A DNA stretch of 64,000 bases from Harriotta raleighana (taxonomy: Eukaryota). This document shows, in pieces, positions 1 to 13,246 of this stretch (positions are counted from its first letter, which is position 1; every line of letters starts with the position of its first letter). Made by a program: the position numbers and the translations under genes. The notes below the pieces were generated by a model. That model did not search any database and was not told where the DNA came from. It saw only the letters and a program-made list of their open reading frames with translations. The stretch spans positions 8,560,302 to 8,624,301 of the forward strand of contig JBNZDD010013726.1 in NCBI GenBank assembly GCA_050575255.1, written 5' to 3'.

Positions 1-559
1 CCACATTTTGACGATGTATTTTCTATTGTTGATTGTGATTCTTTTAGATTTCAAAGCGGTAGCGTTGATTCAAAACCAAACGGTTCAAGGAATGAAAATT
101 ATGAGGGAGGGTTGCAATGAGTCAGAAATGCTTCTTGTTGCTGCCCAACTCAGCATCGTGTATATCGAGCAACACAAAGAAAAAATGGAAATACAAATGC
201 ATTCTTTGGTTCACGACAAATAATACAAAAGTAAACATTTTCCCATGATACTGCATCTTACATGAAGTTCAGATTCGTTGGAAGCATGAAAAAAAAACGG
301 AATTTTTTTTTAAACACACACTTTCACTCATTTAGATTTATGGGAAATCTACTGGAAGCTTTTGGAACAAATTATATAGTTTGACTCAAAAGGACAGATT
401 TATCAGATCTGATTTGTCATAGAAATTGTTAGTCTGGTAGCCAGGAAAAGCTAAATCTTTCATCAGTATGGAAATCCTAATCATTCCATGATCCTAATAA
501 TTCTGTTTTAACTCTGATTCTTGGCCAAGCCATTAGATGGAGGCCCTTACAGTTATGAA

Positions 560-705
560 GAAGCACTTAAACTTGTTGCCAGGAAATATGGTTGAGGTCA
601 GGACACTGGATTTATTTGAAAAGCAGCTTGATGCTGTGCTAGGAGGATGCTAGGGTGTACATTCATTTGGGATGGGATCAGATGGGCCAAATCCAAACCC
701 ATGTT
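560..705 (+). mobile_element. CR1-type LINE 3' end remnant
   Basis: Reads NLLPGNMVEVRTLDLFEKQLDAVLGGC*, resembling the CR1 ORF2 C-terminus (WN.LP..VVE..TL..FK..LD). Similar to the copy at about 15590. Confidence 0.6.
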
Positions 706-1231
706 GTGGTCTTGGAATGGTCTGGGATAGAGAGAACCAGACAATGTCTTGTTGGCAGCAATTGCACGTAAATAACTGTACAATGGCTCAGATGAATCCA
801 CCTCCCAAATCAAGTATTGAAATGTCATAGCTGACAGATTAAAGTGGAAACGTTGGCAGTAGAGAGGCAGCAGCATTGAAAATGATGTGAGTATTGCAGC
901 AGAATATCTCAGCCATTCGAAATGGGGAAATTTTAAGGGATCCCTGATTTGGTAATCTGAACCCCAAGTTCATTTACTGGAACTTTCCTAAATCAAACAT
1001 ACAATATTGAGGCAGAAGATGTTGGAAGCTTTATGTAAAACATGCACAAAGTGATCAAAACTGATGGATTAACCCTTTCAATCATGAACGCAGTTTTCAA
1101 GGACGTGCGATGCCGCAAATGATAGGCAAAGGTCAGTGGGTCAAAATCAAGCCACTACCCAATCTAATTGTGATATAATTAAATAAACTAAAATTAATGT
1201 ATCAGTTAAAAATAAAAACATGGAAACATAC

Positions 1232-1284
1232 CAATCAGTGACACTCCATCGTGTTCTGATGAAGCCTTTCCTGGACCATTTAGA
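1232..1284 (-). CDS. INPP5A: INPP5A coding exon (exon 7 equivalent), 53 nt
   Basis: tttttattgatag|TCTAAATGG...GATTG|gtatgt. Translates SKWSRKGFIRTRWSVTD plus a split codon TG; recalled human CKWSRKGFIRTRWCIADC. I did not find the next exon in 1-1231, so the gene continues off the left edge. Confidence 0.96.
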
Positions 1285-3402
1285 CTATCAATAAAAAAAA
1301 CACACAAGGAAAGTGTCAATTTCAGATCACAAAATATACTCTCCATAGTGCGTAAACCCAACCTAAATATTCAACGTGAATTAGCTTCTTCCACGTAAAA
1401 TCTCAACCCATCAGAAGTATTGTAAATGTCATTTATAACATAAGCACAGTTGAAGACTATCAAAATGCAGAGGAAAATTACTGAACCAGAAGAGAAAAGG
1501 CTTTTGATTTATTTGTGCAGCAATAATTTATCTTTGGTTATAAATCACTGTAATCACACGCAGTTCATTCCACTAGATGGAAGGAAAGTAACAGCTCTGC
1601 AAGGAAATTAATCACCTCACACTCACTACACTTAGTGAAGATGCAACTGCAACATACCTCAACACAAACATTTACACAAAACTGACAAGGAAAAGAAAGA
1701 CTCATTTTATACTGTCAGAATATTGTGCATTATTCCATAACTCCGCAGAATAGGTGTCTAGAGATGCAACAGATTCACAGGATGCTGAGCAGCGGCTTCT
1801 ATTCTGCAGTATTTAAAGGTCAAAATCCAATCTATTAACAAGCACCATCGCTTCTCTTAAGAATGAAGCAACAATTGAAGAAAGAAGAGCAGAGGTGTTT
1901 TAAAACCAGCCTGGGATCATTGAATACATCTGTACAGTGGGAATCAGTTAGTTCAAGCATTTGGTGGATGATCATTTTCAAGAGCAGCTTTTTTCTTATA
2001 TAAAAGCCATGTACATGTGATCACCTCTTCATGTTAACTCGCGTAGTGTCATTAGAGAAATTTTCAGCACAGAGGAAGCCCATTTGGCCCATCTTGTCTG
2101 GTGAGTAACGAAATTAAATATATGAAGGCCACACATTGATCCTGCTTTTGTTCATGCTTTGATGTGCAAAAGTCAGCAAACAATATACACGAATACAAAG
2201 TGGAATAAAAAGATAGGTGAGTACAGCGACCCTATAATTCAATAACATCAGCAATTACAAAGTCTTTTAAACCTGGAAGTTCAGTTAGTGTAATCAGTTT
2301 GTATTCATTGGAAAAACATTTAGTAAACAGTTACCAATAAACCCTTTGTTAATGAGGTGAGCTGTATTCCTGCAGACTGGAAACTCAAGTCAATACTAAC
2401 ATATAAATTGATTTGTATGCAGTGCTGTGCAAACCCACTGAAAGAATGGAGAAGACCAATTTGATCCAATGGAGCTAAATCCACAAGACTGCATGTGATG
2501 AAATTTGAAAATTGATTACAAATTAGGGATGAAAAAGCACTGATTGAGAAAATGGCACCTTGAGCTGGAAGAAACAAAGTAAACACACTTGTGATATGCA
2601 AGAACGCAGCTCTGATCCAAGCTTTAACCTGTCTTGCAACAGTACACCTCAGCTCCCAAGCAGCAATGTATAGGAGAACATTCATTGCAAATAGTTTCAC
2701 TTCAGACAATACAATGCGTTAAATAAATCACATTGTAAAACACTACAAAACACCTGCTGTGTTTATCCTTATGCTGCACCAAACACGATAACAAATCATT
2801 CCCTTTCCATTGTTTTTAAACTGGAGAGAAAACTTCCAGGATTATTGAATCATGTTCAATTCAATGATGAAACAAGTGATTTCCTAAGGAAATGAATGAG
2901 TCTCGTCATCAAGAGCAGGTTTCATAACCATAGTTTCAAAGAGCTACGATTAATACTGCTTTATTCTATGATTTTTATATATTATCTGTCATTGAACAGA
3001 ATGTGCTGGTCACACGGTCAGGGCAGTGGTTCGGAAAAAGTTACTGAGCCTGACAGCACAGAAGAGCCAAATAACATATCCAGTTCATGATCAGGCCATT
3101 TCAGGTTAATGACTGTGACTCTCCACTGAGGTAAATTCAGTTGCCTCACATTTGTCAAACACCGAAACACCTTCAAGTTGATTTCTCAGAAGATGTCATT
3201 CTTACTTTAAAGAAACACAGAAAGGGGCAGAATAAAGGATTAATGTGGATAATGATGCTTTGGTATTTGGTTTCCTTTTTTTTAAAAAAACAAAAAAAAG
3301 TACAAATAGAGACATAGATAGTTTGATTATTCACAAAGCTAAAATGCAACAGAACAATTAAAACTAAAGATTAAATTTTCGTATAACTGAAAGTACTGTG
3401 AA

Positions 3403-3551
3403 GAATAATAATAATTGCATTTATTATAGCACTTTTCATGTCTTCTAGATGTCTCAAAGCGCTTCACAGGATATACTCTAAAGTGAATTGACTATATCTA
3501 AGTGGGCGAAACGCGGGAGCCAATTGCACACAGCAGTTGGCAATGAATGGA
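3403..3551 (-). mobile_element. tRNA-SINE 3' fragment
   Basis: (aat)n tail plus gcacttttcatgtcttctagatgtctcaaagcgcttcacag, matching the 3' half of the full SINE copies at 32816 and 41764. Confidence 0.8.
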
Positions 3552-5489
3552 NCTACGTGGGCGAAACGCGGGAGCCAATTGCACACAGCAGTTGGCAATG
3601 AATGGATTCACAGCAATGAATGGATGCACTATATAAAGAACACAGGGAATTATCTGAATTTGCTTCACCAATTCCACAATAAATAAAATGGATAATACAT
3701 ATTATTGAGAAGCCAGAAAAGGTAAGAGCCCATTAATACAATATAACCCTAGTTACGGATTAAATTCACTGTAGAGTTTGCGATGCCTTCAATCTCATTA
3801 TAATCAATTTGTCGATTCTTACAAAGGAAATTTGAAAAAAAATCAAAATGAAAGAAGAAGCTCAAAGAAGCAGCTTCCACAATGCTGGTGATCATGTTCT
3901 ATAGTGTAGCAGTCTTAAATTTAATTGTGGGATTGAGACATCTAGAAGAAGTGCAAATGCAAGGATTTTTACTATTAATATGTTTATTTATTATTGGCTC
4001 ATTCCACGGCTTGCCGTAAAAGCTGCATTATAACAGCTGAGAATGACTGCAAGATGTTATAATGAAGCAACTCATTAGCCTTGGTTACATTTGAGGGTGA
4101 GGGCTGCGATTGAACGCGTCCTCCAGTTTCATTTCAAAACGCTTCAACCGTCACATTGAGGTACAGCGACTGTTGCATGCGTCGCAAATGTGCGAGAAAC
4201 GTTCTATGGAGAGCAATGAGATGAATGGCCAACTTGTTCGCTGGAGTTGGGTGAAGGAGAAATATTGGCCAGCTTGTGTTGGCCTGGATGATCAAATTAG
4301 TTGAACTGGTTGAAAAAGCAACCACATGGTGTCAGTCGCTCTGTTATTCGCCCAGATTCAACTGGCCAGCTGTGCTGATTCCAATTTCCAAGCAGTACAA
4401 ATAATAGCGCAGTGATTAAAAAAAAGCATCCTTTGTTTGGTGCTGTAAAGAGAAAGGTCAGTGTTCATCTATCCAATGTGGAGGAGCACAGTCACAGCAC
4501 ATTACAGCTGGGAAGAACCAGTCATTCGTATTTTCCTAGAGTGACATCTTGTGGCTGGAAGAGCAGGAAATCTACTTTCCTGCTTCCCGCAACTCCTTGT
4601 TTTGGTCTAGATGCCCATTTCTTAGTTTTGTGCATTATTGCTCGTCATTTTTTCCAATAGTACACACTGTTAAGAATAATATTGTTTTTAACAAACAGGT
4701 CCTTTGGGGGAAAGATTTGCAAACATCCAAATCCAGAAGCTGGGGTAAAAGAGGTGAAGTTGATTGTTATGCCTTCGCCCTTTTACTTGGTTCACAAGTT
4801 GAAAGGTACGGATATGATTTATAAGACCCATGTGGTACTCAAACTCTAGTCAGCCCACCCATGATGAATTGGATCCCACAGCTCCTCTTCCCATAACTTC
4901 TATTCTTAATACTGGGAAAGAGTTAACACTATTCCCCGAAATGGACAAGTGTCTGAAAATTACCTGTACGGGATTGGAATAAGAGAATCGCCAGGCTATC
5001 TGCAGTGAGAGTGAATAACAAATACCGTACCATGATTTGCAAATGTGTACATCTTTGCTGTATGATTTTTGTGTGTACCTAAAGCAGAAAAAAAAACTTT
5101 TTGAAGAAATGACAGAAAACTGACTGCAACTCAAGGTCAGAAGTGAATGGATGGAACGCATCCTGTCTGCAAGTACAAATCATGTTGATTGGTGTAAACA
5201 GAATGATGTGCCTAATCCCACATATGCCCCGTTTTCTAAGATTTTATCAGTGTCAAAATGAAATGCTCTATCAGTCATCTCTACATTTAATCACAGCTCT
5301 ATATTTCTATATAATGTCACAATTTGATTTAAAATGCAACATTCAAATTCAGGATTTGCAAATAGCAGCTTCTGCTGGTAGCTGGATATACCAGTATCTC
5401 ATTGTGATTTTAGCATTCTGCAGCGTCTTCACAAAATGCAGATTGTTTAGAAATCAGCTGCCCATATTTTCTTCTGCTGAGGATCTGTA

Positions 5490-5800
5490 AGATAATCACC
5501 CTATCCTCACCCAACTCCACTGGCTCATTAACCCTTCAATGGATCATCTTTAACATTTTCATCCTTGCGTTCAAATGCCATGACAGCTTTGCCTCGCCAC
5601 ATCTTTTCACCAGCCACCACCTATGCTGTCGAATAGTGTTTGTCTGATATACCCATCAACCCATGCCCCCATTAGTAATGGGCGAGGTTTCAGCGCTTTG
5701 GAATTCACTTCCAACATTCTTCCATCTTGTTTCCTCCTCACCTCTCCATTTCCAAAACCCATCTAAAGACTTTTATCTCTTCGAGGACACCTTTTACCAC
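5490..5800 (+). mobile_element. Degenerate L2 LINE 3' fragment
   Basis: atcaccctatcctcacccaactccactggctc (ITPILTQLHWL) and downstream WNSLP-like sequence, homologous to the L2 at 54505. Confidence 0.7.
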
Positions 5801-8439
5801 TACATGTCTGTTAACAGATCTCCAGGTATTGCTAGGAATCTCTATTTTCTTATGAATATTGGATTTTCATTTGCAATATATAGCAGAAACTCGCTCACTT
5901 TAATATGCTGACCTCACACAGATGATGCATCCATTATATTTTTCTCATTAACCCTAAAAATCTTCTTAGCAGGATAACCCATGGGTTATTTTTTGGACCT
6001 AGGCCACAGATTTATTTTGAGATTGCCTTATTCTTATTTTGCAAACACCTGTCTTATCTTTTCTTGTTTTAAAAAAGGAATTGATATATTTCTCTTAAAT
6101 AAAGATTGGTTGATCAAACCATTATATTTGTATTAGTTCAACGAGCAGAAGTCATTAATTAATAAGTATCTTGTGACACCATGTACTCAGCCACATCACC
6201 CACAAATTAATCTTGATGGTAAATGGGTACATGGGCATAAAATAATGGATTAAGTGCCTACGGGGGTGTGTTGAAGTGTCATTCTTTCACAACAATTACT
6301 CTATCCCATCGTACTCTAAAGTTTATTTAAAAATTAATGGAAAGTGAATTAACAAATTAAAAATCACACAGTAGTACTTAACTAAATGGAAAACAATGCA
6401 TATAAATATTAAGATACTGTTGCCTGGTGTCTCATTAATCGTTGTCGAACACGCGATGATACAGTAGTTTCAGATATGTCATGTGCAATGTCACTGTTAG
6501 AGTAGGCCCGAGGCTAAAAAAAGCTCTTACTGACCTTTTAAAGAACCTCTATAAACACTACTTACATAAATACATCAGCTACATGGGGTAAAAACGTCTA
6601 TGGAACATCAACAAGGAGACAAAGGTTACACAGGGCTAATGTCAGTATGCACTGTGAGTAATAACTAATGCACACAACTTTGATTGATAATGTTCAATGC
6701 AATGTCTCAATTCATCTTTTCCATCATTTTGCTGAGAGAAACCATATCAAATTAAAGCAGCATAGCAGGAATTTATTCAACTGACCAAAGGAAATCAGAG
6801 AAGAAAGAAGATGCCAACAGCTCTGACAAAAAGTTCATACCCATTCTGGAAAAAGCAGCATGAATTTCAAGCAAACCATGGGGACACCTAAAGAGATTAC
6901 AATGATCTAATGCATGACAAAAGGACCATTAGAAGTGATGTCTGTGGTTACACTTTGTGTTACGAATTTAAAAACAATACCCAATCTCATGTGACTAAAT
7001 AACAGCATTTATGATGCTCCACAAATCAGACACCATAGGATACAAGCCCCAGAGATTCATCCACAAGATTGACAAAGTCCAGTCAGATAACAGGCAAACT
7101 GCTGGACACAACACATTTAGGAGGCAAAACAGGTGATGTATGTGAGATAGCAGCAGGAGAAGAGATGGTTGGGAACTGACATGTCTTCCATCCTTATTCC
7201 ATATTGAAAACACATCCTTTCAGCCAAGTGTACAGCTGAAATGTCCATCTGAAATGTCATCAGTAGTCACAGGATAGTCTTCAATCCCATTTGTTCACAC
7301 TCCCCACCCCCCAAACCCTACCTCCTGCAGAAAACAGACTAAAAGCAGATGGCTCGCACTGAAAATCATTAGAATAATAATCCTTGCATTTGATAATTAC
7401 TGAAAAGCACACAACTAATTTGATGGTATTTCAGTAAATTATTAATCAAGAAATATTTACAATCAGCCCTCCCCCACCTCCACCAGCACCCAAACACACC
7501 AGCATTTTAATCCTGTTTTTATTAATTCATGCTGTGATGTGTCTCTAAATCCTGTGTGCAGTAAGTGCAATGGATGTTTGATATTCTAGAATCAGAACCC
7601 AGTCCCTTGGAGGATGGTAAGGAGAAAAATGATCAAAATGAGTAAACATTACAAAGAAGCATTGCTCTGTTAACGTTGATTTCTAAATCTGCTGATGCAT
7701 TAAATTAACAACGTTAGTTATATCAGATGATGCTGATCACATCAGTGCATAGAATTATTGCCTACAGTTTCACATAACCACACAAATCGCTGATTAAGTA
7801 TGGTCCGAATATTCCAAATGTTATTCAACATGAATTCATACTTCCATCCAAACTATCTGAGGTTTAAGGTTTAGAAATTACATAACTATCCCTTTCCTCC
7901 TCCAAAGCTAAACACTGGACAAGAAGAACGATAAAAGCAGTGATTATAAATAGAGCAATTTCTTGTCAAAATTAGTTCCAAATCTTTAAGTGTTTTCATG
8001 CTGCTTCAGTTTAATGCAGATACAATAAAACTGTATTCAGTAACCCTGCTCTACATTTTAATGATATAAAAGGCAGCAGTGGGCATTCACAAACAATAAT
8101 TCATTTCAGTTTGCTTCAGGCATGAGGGAAAGCCAGCTGCATCAATTAATGTCAGCCTAAACTATTTACCAACAGTGAATGCAGGCTCATCATCGCTATT
8201 ACATTATGGTTACAAGGAGATATTTAATCTTATAAATGTGAAAAGTTGTTTCTGATAAAAAAAAATGTTTTAACACTGCAAAATGATGATATGCACACTT
8301 GTGGGTTTCTGATTTCACTTTATTATGGAGAGTTCATGTTACAGAAATTGTGTTTATCCTATGTTTTGATATGGATGTCTGCATCATATCAAATTGAAGC
8401 CACAGTCTCTCACTTACGGGGAAGCAGATTGTAAATTGA

Positions 8440-8690
8440 AGACTCACAATGGGGCTTGAGCTCATCACTTAGGATTACACAACAGTGCAATACGTGGGAA
8501 GCATTGTATTGATGGAGATGGCATATTTTGGAAGTGATGTTATGTTAAATCAAGGTCTCGTCTGTCTGTTCTGGTACTAAAAAAGCATGGTGTTATTCAA
8601 AAAGAGGAGTTTCTTGATGACAAAAAAAATCACTGCATTTGATGGTAATTACCTGTGAAGATGTTTTGATGTGATAAGGAGCTATAGAAA
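8440..8690 (+). mobile_element. Ancient DeuSINE-like (AmnSINE1/SacSINE1-type) remnant
   Basis: gatgttatgttaaatcaaggtctcgtctgtctgttctgg...catggtgttattcaaaaagaggagtttc resembles the recalled Deu-domain consensus (gagacgttaaaccgaggccccgtctgcc...catggcactattcgaagaagagcaggggagttctc). Confidence 0.55.
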
Positions 8691-8924
8691 TTTAAAAAAC
8701 TTCCTTTCTGCAACATACTCATTAGAAATAAAACTTTCAGCTATTAAAAATCAAAGTGCATCAGGCCTTTCCACCATAACTACTATTCTATAATATTATA
8801 TTGAATGTTAATGTAACAATGCACTACCCCAGAGAGTAACAGACAACAAGGGCTTCTTCAAAGTTCTTTTAACGTAAGATCTTAATTTTATCTGGCAATA
8901 AAGGAGACCTCTCAAGATGATCAT

Positions 8925-9222
8925 GTCTCCATGTCCCCCAACCCAACCGCCCCACCATTGGTGGCCGAAACTTCAGCCACTCTGTCCCCAATCTCTGGAA
9001 CTCCAGCCCGCAGTCCCTCTGCCTTGCCTCGCCTCCTTCAAGTCCCGCCTGAAGACCCTCCTCTTCAACTGTCCCATCACCCCAAATCCTCCCCCTTTCC
9101 CTCCACCCTCCCCGTCCCAGACCCCAGCTCAGGTCTGAAACAATGACTGTCCAGCACCTTACGACATTCTCCTGACTTGAAAGGCGCTTTACAGGTGTAA
9201 TTTTGTTGTTATTGTTGTTGTT
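8925..9222 (+). mobile_element. L2 LINE 3' fragment with (TTG)n tail
   Basis: Frameshifted HVP..PTIGGRNFS..WNS...ASFKSRLKTLLF, then gcgctttacaggtgtaattttgttgttattgttgttg. Confidence 0.88.
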
Positions 9223-10900
9223 GAGTGACACAGGCTTGAAAAAAGGCTGGGTACATGAACAAAGGCATCTTATTCTGAAGTAAGAGTTAACATTACTAAA
9301 AGCTAACTGCAGAATCAGAAAAGCTCGTGCTAGTCTGCACTCCCAACTTGTACAATTGGAAAGAAAAATCCAAATTTAACAAGTTCTAGTTCTACATCTT
9401 GTCTCTGCCTTTCTTGACGTGAAGAACATTCAGAAGAACCCTGGCTTTTTTGAGCTTTGGGTAACTTTCTTCCTTCAAATCCGTCTTTATGGGGCTGTTA
9501 TTTAGAGGACCATTTATAAATCCTAAACAATTTACACCTGGATTATTAACCTATTCAAGAATTCATGAATGACATGTGTATGTATGTTCATGAAAGCTTT
9601 TTTGCTATTCTATAGTATCAAATAAAACAGGAAGTAAAAAAAAATCCCATAGATTGCACCTCAACCAGTGCCCCTTCTATGCCCTACAGATGGATTATAT
9701 ACAGGCTGTTTCCTTTATTAAAAGATGAAATAAATCACTATCAAGCAACTAGGGACCCCTACAAGGTTATCCTTGTACAGCTTTGTTCATGAAAGGTTCA
9801 CATTAAAGCATTAGTGAAATTAATTCATCTTTCATAAGAGCTTTGAGCAGTATCTGTGATGTATGATAACAACCAATTTCTCACTACTGGCAAAAAATAT
9901 TCAGGTCTGATAGACTACACAAATCTGTTCGTTTTAAATAGCTGAACATTATCTCAAGTGCTGGTCCCAGAGGCTTCATTTCAGATTCATATACAGCCAA
10001 GAGGTGCAATAAATCATGAGGAAAAGTTTTGTTAGTTTTATATGCAGTGAATTGTAATTATTTTGGATTGCATTATACCTCAATCAATGTAATTACTTTT
10101 AGATCAGCTTTAAGCGGCAGTAATAAAAAGAAAGAAATCAGTCTTAAACCAATTGAGAGGACTATTTGCATATCTGTCAGTCGCAGAGCGGAACAGGTTA
10201 TTACTTAGATGGAAACTGCGTTCTATGTTATAATTACTAGTTATAATTATTATACATTTGTTTATGTCACTGATGTCGATATGAAATCCTCAATGAAATG
10301 CAATAGTCAAAATAATACAAGTTGATACCAAGGTTGACTTTGTACAGTACAGTAATCTAAAATAAAGAGACTAATTTTGAGAACAGTTGTTAAGAAATAA
10401 ATAGAATGAATCATCATCAAGTCTGGATGACAGAAAAGGGTGCTGAGCCAAAACAAGTCTTAACAGTCAATTTGCGATTCCATATACTGAGTTGCAGACA
10501 TAACAATTACAAAGCAAATATACCTTGTACATGTGCGGGTATTGTAACACAAAAATATCTGATCTCCTAAGGATGCTTTAGTGAGTTATTTTATGACCTG
10601 GAAGTGATGTTGACTGTGTCAAATGACCTCAGGGCTTTAGGGTCTTGAGCATTGCCAGTAACTGTACTTCAGTGTCACAACTTGAACGCAGTGGAATACA
10701 TAAAAATAATTCACACAGTAATGGTAGAAAATCCACCACCTCCTTGCACGTCGTCTCTTACAAATCCCACTTAGGAAATTCTATTTGACAGACAGTGAAG
10801 TAACTTAACATACCAATAAGTTGGGGCAAAAATAAAACAACAAATGTAGTTTAAAAGATTGACTTTAAGCAATCTGACGTCTCAAAACCATGCAACGTAC

Positions 10901-11004
10901 CTCAGGGAAATAATCTTTCGGAAACTTCTCCTTTTCCAGCATGGGTGTGCTCTCTAATGTTTCTGAGTAGATTTCTTTACCAGTTACTTTTTTGTATTTC
11001 TTAG
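10901..11004 (-). CDS. INPP5A: INPP5A coding exon (exon 6 equivalent), 104 nt
   Basis: tttttttttcaag|CTAAGAAA...CCTGAG|gtacgt. Translates (A)KKYKKVTGKEIYSETLESTPMLEKEKFPKDYFPE. Confidence 0.97.
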
Positions 11005-12359
11005 CTTGAAAAAAAAATCAAATGCGCATTCGACAAAGTTATTCTCCTGGTGAGCCAAAGCATTCAAATATTGTCAGTTCCGCATGGTTACAATTATGAC
11101 AGAAAAAAAATATCAAATATACTATTTGTAATCTTTACTTAGGTGTTTCATCTTAGTAAATCCTAATAAATGTGGAAATTGTTTACTAAGAATAAATATT
11201 TGCCTGGTGATTCCTGATATTAACTACATGTAATATGAAAATGGAATTATTGATAATAAACTCTGTTGATAGTTAAAAATAAGGCAACATCCCATCCAAA
11301 TGTCAGTGAATGTAACAGTCTCTCAATACTTTCCCTTCAAGACGGTAATTTAATTGATGTCTGGAAACTCTCTTCACTATCCAATCTTTTCTGAAGCTCG
11401 ACCCATTCTATGCTGCACTGATAACAACTTGTTACAACATCAAGACATCTATTTTGTTTACCTAGCATTTTCCTGAGCATTTAGTTGTGTTACCATCAAG
11501 AAACAAATATATAACTAGATTGATGTGCTTGTTGTTTATGTAAAGCTACTAAAACAATGTCACCAACTATTTCATTCCTTATTCTTTGAGAGTTTTTTTT
11601 TGTCAATTTTCTCTTTCTTTTCTTCTCCTTCGTCACCCGAAAGTGCTGTTTCTCACTGGGGTTTATTTCCAAAGGCACTAATTGCTCTCTGGTAAACTCC
11701 TCAAGTGACTATTCTTCACATGTTTGTTGGGAGAGTGAGTGTTGGCCAGCTAACCAGGTAACGCAACTCATAGGTAAAACAGATCATCCCCTCACCCAAT
11801 GTGCAGACAAAATGCACTTTCCCAGGAGTGGCCACTGAACAGCAGCCAGAAGCAAACACAGTGGCTTTAATTTTCTTTCCCTGCAGTTTAATATATTTAC
11901 GTTCCTGTTCTTATCCCCAAATTTTCCAATTACAGTGTACTGTTCGTCTGAAGGTATATTCTTCCTTTGGTAAAGAAAGAAAACCATGCTCTGCTTGGAT
12001 CAGGATTTCTACAGACTCCATCTGACACAATACCTGTAACTCAGCCCATTTAATCACACACGACGCAGCTGGATTTAAATTGCACACTTTATCGCACAGA
12101 AAGCCTGATCTTTTATGGGAGACTGTAGGAGATAACTAACATGCTAGAATGACTCTATTCAGAGCACTGAACAATCAAAAAATGAATTGAATTGTTATTG
12201 CACAATTAAGCACTTAGTTAAGATCTGGAAAAGTGTCTGTTGGGAGTAAATAACAAGTAAATTCTGAGGATCAGCAAATTGTTTTAAAATTTTGCTACAT
12301 AGCTTGACACAACCTTAACTGAAAACGTTATGGTAAAGTGCAAACAATTAATTTCACTA

Positions 12360-12651
12360 CAGTAAAACCCAGTTTATCCGACACCCTCAGGGGGCGGGGG
12401 CGGGGGATTTAAAACATACCATGTTAATAATAGACTAAATAGTAACAGAGTATTGTATGGATTTTTACCAATAAAGCATTCCAGCACACTTGGTAAAAAA
12501 AAACAAGTTCGTAAGTTTAATAAGTGCGCATGCACACGCATTGCACGCATGCACAAAGTGAGCAAACATGCGATTGCTGGAATGGAGAATTGCCCTGGGA
12601 GGAGGACGAGCAATCCAGTTGATCGGGTCATGGATAAACGGGGTTTTACTG
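12360..12651. mobile_element. Tc1/mariner (Tigger/pogo-like) MITE, copy 1
   Basis: 20-bp TIRs CAGTAAAACCCAGTTTATCC / GGATAAACGGGGTTTTACTG (1 mismatch), TA on both flanks, no transposase. Internal sequence is shared with the 23570 copy in the opposite orientation. Confidence 0.9.
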
Positions 12652-13182
12652 TACTGTACATTGTTGCTTCGAAGTATTTCAGTGCCACCATATATGAACT
12701 CAGTGTTTTGTAAGTTAATACTGCCTGCCATAAAAACTTTATAAAGATAGCAGGGCTGTGATTCGTTAAAAAATACACTGTGACTCACCCAATAGTCGCA
12801 CAAATAATTAATCTGATCATGTTTTTAACTTGATCCGTGATTTGAGTTACTCTTTTGTAGTACTGTGTGTCGAATTCGACAGAAGAAAATACAAGCCTGG
12901 TACTACTCAACAGTACTGTATATTGCTTAATTTTCAGTGGACATTACACTGGATGATGGAACTGATGATACCTGCTACTGATAGGATTTCTCAGATATAA
13001 TAACGCATTGCCAATGTCCATATAGAGGAACAGTATATAGCAATTAGTTCAATTTCAGCTCTATGATTCTATATGATGCAGAAGATGAAAAGCTTGTATT
13101 AGCATAGTGCTAATGGTAAAGGTAAATTCAGGCCCTACAACATCAGCAATGTTATATTGAAATAAATCCATGTAAACCTTAC

Positions 13183-13246
13183 CTTTAAAATCAAATTGAT
13201 AGGTGTTTTTCAAAGACTCATGAAGAAAGTAAAGATTTCCTAAAGC
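13183..13246 (-). CDS. INPP5A: INPP5A coding exon (exon 5 equivalent), 64 nt
   Basis: ttgttttgcag|GCTTTAGGA...TTTAAAG|gtaagg. Translates ALGNLYFLHESLKNTYQFDFK(A). Visible inside ORF 13061..13297. Confidence 0.97.

Noticed and set aside
3502-3606. 50-bp tandem duplication around the N at 3552
   Set aside because: Identical copies either side of a single N indicate an unmerged contig overlap rather than a real repeat.
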